Made by a program: the position numbers and the translations under genes. Shown one piece after another: positions 55,288 to 64,000 of a stretch of 64,000 nucleotides of DNA. The stretch is from an uncultured Actinomycetes bacterium (GTDB taxonomy: Bacteria > Actinomycetota > UBA4738 > HRBIN12), in NCBI GenBank assembly GCA_963708985.1, contig CAVPUQ010000006.1, positions 135,451 through 199,450 of the forward strand, in the 5' to 3' direction. The notes beneath the pieces are model-generated. The model was not told the origin of the DNA, did not search any database, and saw only the letters and a program-made list of their open reading frames with translations. Positions within the stretch are counted from its first letter, which is position 1. Every line of letters begins with the position of its first letter.

Positions 55288-58200
55288 CTAGCCAGCCTCC
55301 GACATCCCGATGGGCGTGGCGACCGCGCTCGGCGCGGTCGGCGTGGAGGGCAGGAACACGCGGAACGAGGCTCCGCCCCCCTCGCGATCCTGCACCCAGG
55401 CACGGCCTCCGTGGAGCTCGGCGAACATCGAGACGAGCGACAGGCCGATGCCCGTCCCGGGCGAATGGGGTGACACCGTGGGGCCCTGGCGGAAGGGTTC
55501 GAAGATCGCATCCTGGAGCTCCTTGGGCACCCCGGGGCCGTCGTCCTCGACCGCGAGGACGGCACCGTCCGGCTCGGCCCAGACGCGGATCCAGATCTCG
55601 GTGCCGGGTCCGGTGTGGCGGGCCGCGTTCGCGAGGAGGTTCTCGACGATCCGCTCGACCTTCGCGGGATCGGCTTCGATCGTGACGGGCTCGGCCTCGA
55701 CGAGGACCGGGCGCTCGCCGAGAAGGTCGAGGCTCTCGACCGTTCGTCGGACGAGTGCGCCCACATCGGTCGGTCGGTAGTTCGGCGTGACGATGCCGCG
55801 GTTCAGGCGGTCGATGTCGAGCAGGTCCTTCAGCAGCCGATCGAGCTTGCGAGCGTTCGCCGCGAGTCGCGCGAGCAGGTCCGCCTGATCCTCCTCGGGC
55901 AGTCGTGTCTGCTCAAGCGTGAGCGACAGGCCGAGGATCGACGTGAGCGGGCTGCGTAGCTCGTGCGAGACCGCGGCGAGGAACGTGTTCTTCATCTCGT
56001 CGAGGGTGCGCAGGCGCTCGGCGGCCTCACGCTCGCGGCGCTCGCTCTCGCGGAGGGCGTGCTCGGCGAGCTTGCGTTCGGTGACGTCGTAGAGGACCCC
56101 TTGCAGGAAGAGCGGCTGCCCCTGCTCGTCCACGACGAACGTCGTCTCGTCGTGGACCCAGGCATCGCGACCGTCCGGGGTGTGCACGAGGTACTCGCCT
56201 ACCCACGAGCGGCGGTCCGCGATCGCATCGAGGTACGACCGCCGGACCTCTTCGCGCGTGGACTCGTCGATGATCTCGAGCCACGCCTCCGGGTTCTCGA
56301 GGTACTCCTTCGGTGCGATACCGAGGATCTCCTCGACCTGCGGGCTCACGTACATCGAGTCCATGGTGCCGTCGGGTCGGTCCACGTAGATCGCCGCCGG
56401 TACGTGCTCGACGATCGCGCGGTACTTCGCCTCGGTCTCGCGCAGCTGCTCCTGTGCCTCCTTGAGGGCCGTGATGTCGGACATCAACCCCTGCGAGAGC
56501 AGGGGGGCACCGGCCTCGTCCCGGACGATGGTCGCCTGGTCGCGGACCCACCGCAACGTCCCGTCCCCGGCTCGGAAGCGGTACTCGAAGTCGAGGGGGG
56601 TGCCCTGCATGTGGTGATCGAGCACGGCCGCGACGCAGCGCTCCCGGTCGTCGGCATGCAGGTTCCGCGCCCACAGGTCGTCGTCACGGAGCCAGTCCTC
56701 GACCCGATACCCGAACAGCGTCTCGATCTGCGGGCTCACGTACAGGGTCGAGAGCTGCTCGTCGACCCTGTCGATGTAGATGACGGCCGAGATCGTTTCG
56801 ACGAGGGTGCGGTACCGCTCCTCCGCGACACGGACCTGCTCTTCCGCCTCCTTGCGGGCGGTGATGTCGAAGCGGACGCCCTGCCAGTACGAGGGCAGTC
56901 CTTCCTCGTCGTGGACGAGCACGGCCGTGTCGCGTACCCAGATGATCCCGCCGTCCTTGCGGACCTGCCGGTACTCGATGTCGAAGGGCTCTCCGGTCTC
57001 GTCGGTCCGTTCGTCGGCGGCTCGCACTCGCTCGAGGTCGTCCGGATGGATCGTCGCCAGCCAGGTGTCGTGTGTGAACTCCCGCTCCCCGGGCGCGTAG
57101 CCGAGGAGCGCGTACACCTGGGGGCTCACGTAGCTCACCGCGCCCCCCGGCTGCGGGGCGTGGACGTACGTGACGGCCGGCATCTGCTCGACGAGCGTGC
57201 GGTACCGCTGCTCCGTCTCGGCCTGGAGCCGAGTCGCTCGCGCACGTCCGATCGCCGCTCCGAGGGTGTCCGCGGCCGCCTTCAGCACGTCGACCTCGGC
57301 GACCGGCCATTCACGCTCGGTCGAGCAGTCATCGAAGCCGAGGAACCCCCACCACTCGTCCCCGACGAAGACCGGGACGATGATCGCCGAGAGCACGCCT
57401 TCGGCCTGCAGGTTGATCCGCTCGGCCTCGGGGAAGTCGCGCACGAGGCCGACGATGGGCCGGCCGGCAGACAGCGCGGCCTCCCAACGGCCGAAGCCGT
57501 CGCGGTACGGCATGCGGCGGTTCGAGGGCTCGACGATCGACGTCACGCCGGGAGCGAGCCACTCGCGGCGGATGGTCATCGCCGGCGCGCCGTCTTCGAG
57601 CATCTCGTTCTCGAACACGTACACGCGGCTCACGTCGCCGGCGGTTCCCAGCCGTTCGAGCACCTCGTCGAGCACCTCGTCGGGGTCGTGCGCGCGAAGG
57701 AACCGCTCAGCGGCCAAGCCGACGGCCTCGAGCACGGCGTCCCGGCGGGAGAGGGCCTCCTCGGCGAGCTTGCGCTCGGTGATGTCCATGAGCACGCCTT
57801 GCCAATGCAGGGGCATCCCGTCCTCGTCGCGCAGCAGGACCGCCTCGTCGCGGATCCAGACGATGCGGCCGTCACGCGCCATGGAACCGGTAGTCGATGA
57901 CGAAGGGGTCGCCGGTCTCGTTCGTCCGCCTGACTCCTCGAGCACGCGTTCGCGATCGTCGGGGTGCAGGTGCTCGATCCAGAAGTCCGGGTCGCTCTCG
58001 CGCGCCTCGGCCGGGTAGCCGACGAGCCGCTCGTACCGCGGGCTGGTGTACAGCGCCGTGCTCTGGTCGTCGACCGCGTCCTGGTAGACGACGACGGGGA
58101 GCTGCTCGACGAGCGCGCGGAAGCGCTCCTGCGCCTCGAGGAGCTGCTCCTCCGCGTGCTTGCGCGCCGTGATGTCGTACATCACGCCCTGGTACAGGCG

Positions 58201-59193
58201 TGGGGTGTTCCGATCGCCCGCGACCGGGACCGCCTCGTCCCGGAGCCACAGGAGACGGCCGTTGCGAGCGAGGATCCGATACTCCGACTCGAATGCCGCA
58301 TGGGTGCGAACGGCCACCTTCCACTCGTCCAGCACCCGATCGCGATCCTCGTCATGGATCCGTCGGTGCCACAGTTGCGGGTCGTCGCGCCACTCCTCCG
58401 CCGAGTAGCCGAGCAGATGCTCGATCTGCGGGCTCACGTACGGCGCGGACTCGGAGCCCGGCTCGGCCGCCGGGTCCCAGGTGTAGGTGACCGCCGGCAC
58501 CTGCTCGACCAGGGCGCGGTAGCGGGCCTCGGTCTCGCGAGCGCTCTCCTCCGCCTCGCGGCGCTGGGTGATGTCGTACATGATCCCCTGGACGAGCCTC
58601 GGTCGGCCGCGCGCGTCGCGCTCGACGACGACGGCCTCGTCGCGCATCCATACGACCCGTCCGTCCTTGCGCACGTGCCGGTACTCGACGGCGAGGGGCT
58701 CGCCGGTCCGATCCGCTCGCGAGGAGGCCGCGAGCACCCGATCTCGATCCTCCGGGTGGATCTGGCGGATCCACAGCTCGGGGTCGGCGCGCCACTCCTC
58801 GGCCGTGAAGCCCAAGATCTCCTCCACCTGCGGGTTCACATAGGGGGTGGACGCTGCGCCGGCGGGCTTGCGGGGATCCCACGTGTACAGGACCGCGGGC
58901 ATCTGCTCCACCAGGATGCGGTACCTGGACTCGGTGTCGGCTCGAGCCTGCGACCGGTGACGCTCGACGCGCCATCGAAGGAACGCGAAGAGGCTCAGGC
59001 CGAGCGCTGCGAACAGGATGCCGAACAGGATCTCGTCGTGGGCACCCGGGACGTGGATCCGGAGCCACCTTCGAGCGGCCTCGAACAGGTTCGTCGCGGC
59101 GCCGACCCAGAGCAGCACGACGATGGGCAGCGAGATCACCAGCAGATCCCGCAGCCAGCGCATCCGTCGGCGCCGCTGTTCCTTCTCGCCCAT
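55288..59193 (-). CDS. Membrane-anchored multi-PAS/GAF sensor histidine kinase (1301 aa, intact)
   Basis: It has two N-terminal TM helices, about 8 PAS/PAC units and one GAF-like segment. The H-box is '[18 protein letters not shown]' and the HATPase_c motifs are '[12 protein letters not shown]', 'DDGPGV' and 'GTGIGLSLV'. The C-terminal ~230 aa are closely similar to those of the kinase at 19149-21488. Confidence 0.9.
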   Translation of the reverse strand: MGEKEQRRRRMRWLRDLLVISLPIVVLLWVGAATNLFEAARRWLRIHVPGAHDEILFGILFAALGLSLFAFLRWRVERHRSQARADTESRYRILVEQMPAVLYTWDPRKPAGAASTPYVNPQVEEILGFTAEEWRADPELWIRQIHPEDRDRVLAASSRADRTGEPLAVEYRHVRKDGRVVWMRDEAVVVERDARGRPRLVQGIMYDITQRREAEESARETEARYRALVEQVPAVTYTWDPAAEPGSESAPYVSPQIEHLLGYSAEEWRDDPQLWHRRIHDEDRDRVLDEWKVAVRTHAAFESEYRILARNGRLLWLRDEAVPVAGDRNTPRLYQGVMYDITARKHAEEQLLEAQERFRALVEQLPVVVYQDAVDDQSTALYTSPRYERLVGYPAEARESDPDFWIEHLHPDDRERVLEESGGRTRPATPSSSTTGSMARDGRIVWIRDEAVLLRDEDGMPLHWQGVLMDITERKLAEEALSRRDAVLEAVGLAAERFLRAHDPDEVLDEVLERLGTAGDVSRVYVFENEMLEDGAPAMTIRREWLAPGVTSIVEPSNRRMPYRDGFGRWEAALSAGRPIVGLVRDFPEAERINLQAEGVLSAIIVPVFVGDEWWGFLGFDDCSTEREWPVAEVDVLKAAADTLGAAIGRARATRLQAETEQRYRTLVEQMPAVTYVHAPQPGGAVSYVSPQVYALLGYAPGEREFTHDTWLATIHPDDLERVRAADERTDETGEPFDIEYRQVRKDGGIIWVRDTAVLVHDEEGLPSYWQGVRFDITARKEAEEQVRVAEERYRTLVETISAVIYIDRVDEQLSTLYVSPQIETLFGYRVEDWLRDDDLWARNLHADDRERCVAAVLDHHMQGTPLDFEYRFRAGDGTLRWVRDQATIVRDEAGAPLLSQGLMSDITALKEAQEQLRETEAKYRAIVEHVPAAIYVDRPDGTMDSMYVSPQVEEILGIAPKEYLENPEAWLEIIDESTREEVRRSYLDAIADRRSWVGEYLVHTPDGRDAWVHDETTFVVDEQGQPLFLQGVLYDVTERKLAEHALRESERREREAAERLRTLDEMKNTFLAAVSHELRSPLTSILGLSLTLEQTRLPEEDQADLLARLAANARKLDRLLKDLLDIDRLNRGIVTPNYRPTDVGALVRRTVESLDLLGERPVLVEAEPVTIEADPAKVERIVENLLANAARHTGPGTEIWIRVWAEPDGAVLAVEDDGPGVPKELQDAIFEPFRQGPTVSPHSPGTGIGLSLVSMFAELHGGRAWVQDREGGGASFRVFLPSTPTAPSAVATPIGMSEAG

Positions 59194-59271
59194 CGGCCTA
59201 ACCCGTCGAAGGCATCATCGGTACGCCGATGGGGGCACCTGAGGTCTCGCGTCCGCCGGCGGGGCTCGGGC

Positions 59272-61284
<2,013 letters not shown>

Positions 61285-61362
61285 TCACGCTCCTCCGATT
61301 CCCGAGTCTAGCATCGGCCCCCGTTCGAACCGCCGGAGCGCAGGAGGGTACGCTCGGGCCCG

Positions 61363-62193
61363 ATGTCGGAGGATCCGCGCACGTACCGCGCGCTCGAGCT
61401 CGTCCACGAGCTGTCCGATCCGGGGGCTGGTTCGCCTGGGCTCGAGACCCGGCTGGTCGACCTCGGCTTCGACTCCCTGGCCTTCGCCGAGCTCGCCCTG
61501 GCGCTCGAGGAGGAGACGGGCATCGACCTCGGGGAGGCCGTGCTCGACGGGGGGCCCGCGCGAAGCGTGCCGGAATCGTCGAGCGGCGTGGGGCGGTTCC
61601 AGGGCGTGGGCAACCTCGTCGCCGGCCGAGCGATGAGGTGGTGGCTCGCACTCGAGGTGGTGGGCATCGAACACGTTCCCGAGCGCGGGCCCGCCGTCCT
61701 CGCGATGAACCACGAGAGCGCGCTCGACATCCCCATCGCCGTCATCGCGTGCCCGCGCCGCATCACCTTCATGGCGAAGAAGGAGCTCTTCAAAGATGGC
61801 GTCGCGGCCTGGGCGCTCGAGCGCCTGGGCGGCTTCCGCGTCGATCGCGAGCGCTTCGACCTGCGGGCGGTGCATCTGGCGCTCGCGGTGATCCGTCGCG
61901 GCAAGGTCCTCGGGAGTACCCGGAGGGCACCCGTTCGCCCGGCGAGCTCCTCCCGTTCCTGGACGGCGCGGCGTGGGTCGCCCTACGGGCCGGCGCTCCG
62001 CTCGTGCCCGTCTCGCTCCGCGGCACCGAGCAGGCCGGACACGCGAAGCGGCCAAAGGCGGATCCGGGTCCGGGCGACCTTCGGCGAGCCGCTCGAGATC
62101 GAGCGCGTCGAGAGCCGGGCCGAGCGCCGTCGACGTGCCGCGGAGCTCACCGCCGAGCTCCGGGCCGCTGTCGAGGCTGGCCTGTCGCGGTAG
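61363..62193 (+). pseudogene. Acyl-carrier-like (phosphopantetheine-attachment) domain fused to a PlsC-type lysophospholipid acyltransferase, with two compensating frameshifts (~61915 and ~62050)
   Basis: The 'LGFDSLAFAEL' carrier motif is followed by the acyltransferase 'AMNHESALD' (HX4D). 'YPEGTRSPG' lies in the shifted frame (ORF 61638..62207). Confidence 0.7.
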
Positions 62194-62224
62194 GCGTCGC
62201 TCGGTAGGGCGCCCTGCCTACCCG

Positions 62225-62347
62225 CTACCCAGCGGTCAGCCCGGTGATGAGCCCGACGAGTGCGCCGGCTGCAGCGAGTGAGTAGACGACGCCGAGCAAC
62301 GGATCGGGTCCCCGCGCGGGCTTCGGCTTCGCCAGCCGGCCCGTCAT
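62225..62347 (-). CDS. 40-aa single-helix membrane peptide, translationally coupled to lgt (ATGA overlap)
   Basis: My reading is MTGRLAKPKPARGPDPLLGVVYSLAAAGALVGLITGLTAG*. It is below the ORF-track cutoff as an independent ORF. Confidence 0.3.
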   Translation of the reverse strand: MTGRLAKPKPARGPDPLLGVVYSLAAAGALVGLITGLTAG

Positions 62348-63198
62348 GTGATGGCCTCCTCCACGGGCCCGTGCCGGGAACGCACGGACCTCGGCGAACC
62401 GGCGGAGCCCGACGTCCGGTTCGCCGAGCGAGCTCGCAGCACCAGTCCTGTGACGACGATCGCGATCAGCGCGATCGACGTGAGTTGGCTCCCCGTCAGG
62501 CCGAAGAGCCGCCGCGGATCCGTTCGAAGGAAGTCGGTGAACACGCGGCTCACCGCGTACCAGAGCGTGAACAAGGCGATCGAGGACCCGACCGCCCGCG
62601 ACTGGCGCGCGAACCGCAGCAACACGATGAGCAGCGCCGTGGTGAGCAGCATGTCGTAAAGCGCCACCGGGTGGACGACCGTGCCGATGGCGGGGACCCC
62701 CTCGAGCGGGTGCATCCCGCCGATGTACTTGAACCCCCAAGGCAGAGATGTCGGCTTACCGAGGTGGTCTCCGACGATGAGGTCGCTGAACCGTCCGATC
62801 GCGATCCCGAGGGCGAGACCCGGCGCCGCCATGTCCAGCATCGGCAGGAGGGGGAGACCTGCTCGGCGGACGGCGATCCCACCGAGGACCAGGGCGCCGA
62901 TCAGCCCACCCAACAGGCTCATCCCACCGTTCCACACGGCGATGAGGTCGAGGGGCGAGCGCATCTGCTCGAGGTGGCCCACGTCCCAGGCGAGCCGCAT
63001 CCCGATGAGTCCACCGGCGAGCCCCCACTCGAGGACGCGCCAGAGCTGCTCGTCGGCGATCTTGGCCGCGCGCGTCGAACGCCGCATGAGGAGCGCTCCC
63101 GCGAAGAAGCCGACGGCGATCAGCGTGCCGTGCGGCCGGATCATGAGCGGACCGATGTGGAAGCCCGTGACGATCCTCCACGAGATGTACGCGAACAT
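62344..63198 (-). CDS. lgt: Prolipoprotein diacylglyceryl transferase
   Basis: From ATG 63198, 'IRPHGTLIAVGFFAG', 'VWNGGMSLLGGLIG', 'GIAIGRFSDLIVGDHLGKPTSLPWG' and 'HPVALYDML' are present. Confidence 0.85.
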   Translation of the reverse strand: MFAYISWRIVTGFHIGPLMIRPHGTLIAVGFFAGALLMRRSTRAAKIADEQLWRVLEWGLAGGLIGMRLAWDVGHLEQMRSPLDLIAVWNGGMSLLGGLIGALVLGGIAVRRAGLPLLPMLDMAAPGLALGIAIGRFSDLIVGDHLGKPTSLPWGFKYIGGMHPLEGVPAIGTVVHPVALYDMLLTTALLIVLLRFARQSRAVGSSIALFTLWYAVSRVFTDFLRTDPRRLFGLTGSQLTSIALIAIVVTGLVLRARSANRTSGSAGSPRSVRSRHGPVEEAIT

Positions 63199-63372
63199 GC
63201 GGGCACCGTAGGTCTCCGGGGTGGTGAGGCTGTGCGAACCGTGTGGATGCTGCGTGAAGGAGAGGACGTGGGACCCACGCGTTCTGCGCACGCGATTCAC
63301 CGTTCCTTCATAGGTCGGCCCCAGGATGACGTGGACCCGGAGGTGAGCACGTGCCCGAGGAACGAGGATCAG

Positions 63373-63633
63373 ATGGTTGACGTACTCGTCGTCACCTCAC
63401 CGGCGTGCCACCTGTGCGAGGAGGCCCTCGAGGTGCTCGGAGAGCTCGCGTCCGAGTACGGCCTGACCGTCCGAGAGACCCCTATCGGATCGGTCGAGGG
63501 CCAGGCGGCCTTCGAGCGGTTCCACCCGCCTCTCCCACCGTTCGTGGTCATCGACGGAGAGCTGTTCAGCTCGGGCCGCCTCCCGCGCAAGAAGCTCCGC
63601 GGGCACCTCGAACGCACAAGGGCGGTGGTGTGA
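63373..63633 (+). CDS. Glutaredoxin-like (thioredoxin-fold, DUF836-type) protein
   Basis: 86 aa with a 'CHLC' active-site motif near the N-terminus. Confidence 0.65.
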   Translation: MVDVLVVTSPACHLCEEALEVLGELASEYGLTVRETPIGSVEGQAAFERFHPPLPPFVVIDGELFSSGRLPRKKLRGHLERTRAVV

Positions 63634-64000
63634 TTGGGCACGCTGCTCACCACCGGGTCCATCCTGGCCGCGTTCTTCGCTGGCGCGGTCGCGCTGTTCA
63701 GCCCCTGCTGCATCGTCTTCCTGTTCCCTGCCTACCTCGCGTCCGCCGTGAAGAACCGGCGTTGGACCCTGCTGCCCCTGACCTTCGTGTTCGGGATCGG
63801 CCTCGCGGCTGTGCTGCTGCCGGTGACGCTCGGTGTGGGTCTCGTCATGACGTCCGTTCGCCGCTTCCATACGCAGCTGTACGTCGTCGGTGGGTTGCTG
63901 ATGCTGGCGCTCGCGGTCCTGTCCCTGTTGGGCAGGTCGTGGAGCTTGCCGCGGTTCGTGCGTACCCCGGACGTGGAACACGGAGACACCGCGAGCGTGT
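63634..64000 (+). CDS. ccdA: Cytochrome c biogenesis CcdA/DsbD-family membrane protein (partial, runs off the window)
   Basis: My translation from TTG 63634 is 'LGTLLTTGSILAAFFAGAVALFSPCCIVFLFPAYL...'. Further TM helices follow, and the frame is open to base 64000. Confidence 0.6.
   Translation, partial: MGTLLTTGSILAAFFAGAVALFSPCCIVFLFPAYLASAVKNRRWTLLPLTFVFGIGLAAVLLPVTLGVGLVMTSVRRFHTQLYVVGGLLMLALAVLSLLGRSWSLPRFVRTPDVEHGDTASV

Overview
This is a very GC-rich window (about two-thirds to 70% G+C by eye, not computed) with actinobacterial-type gene content and synteny. Core genes include dgt-dnaG-rpoD followed by tRNA-Asn, tRNA-Met, and a GNAT/ADP-forming acyl-CoA synthetase fusion. Also present are a P1B-type ATPase with a C-terminal hemerythrin domain, an Lhr helicase, a gamma-glutamyltransferase and a histidine ammonia-lyase-family enzyme. 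Further along lie SURF1, a zinc-ribbon protein/RNase HI/RNase P RNA block, lipA, 2-oxoacid dehydrogenase E1 alpha/beta, lgt and ccdA. Two very large paralogous multi-PAS sensor histidine kinases have no adjacent response regulator. The clearest accessory region is a roughly 14 kb decayed integration hotspot downstream of tRNA-Val(TAC), about 30.5-44.7 kb. It carries a truncated DUF499/BrxC-type ATPase remnant, orphan ORFs, an IS3 and an IS481 element, and three further tRNA-derived scars. It also holds a diverged second copy of the tRNA 3' half plus its ~170 bp flank, and no integrase survives. A smaller decayed islet follows tRNA-Asn, with an Xis-like HTH, a PMP-repeat beta-helix protein and a truncated tyrosine recombinase. 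Many genes need frame corrections (Lhr, GGT, ATPase, lipA, E1 alpha/beta and others), while equally long neighbours such as both kinases, dnaG and the acyl-CoA synthetase fusion are intact. The single-event cases all shift in the direction of a 1-nt insertion. This points to regionally variable assembly error or real gene decay, and the sequence alone cannot decide between them. I found no CRISPR array, retron, DGR or intact recognisable defence operon. The more speculative leads are listed as findings.
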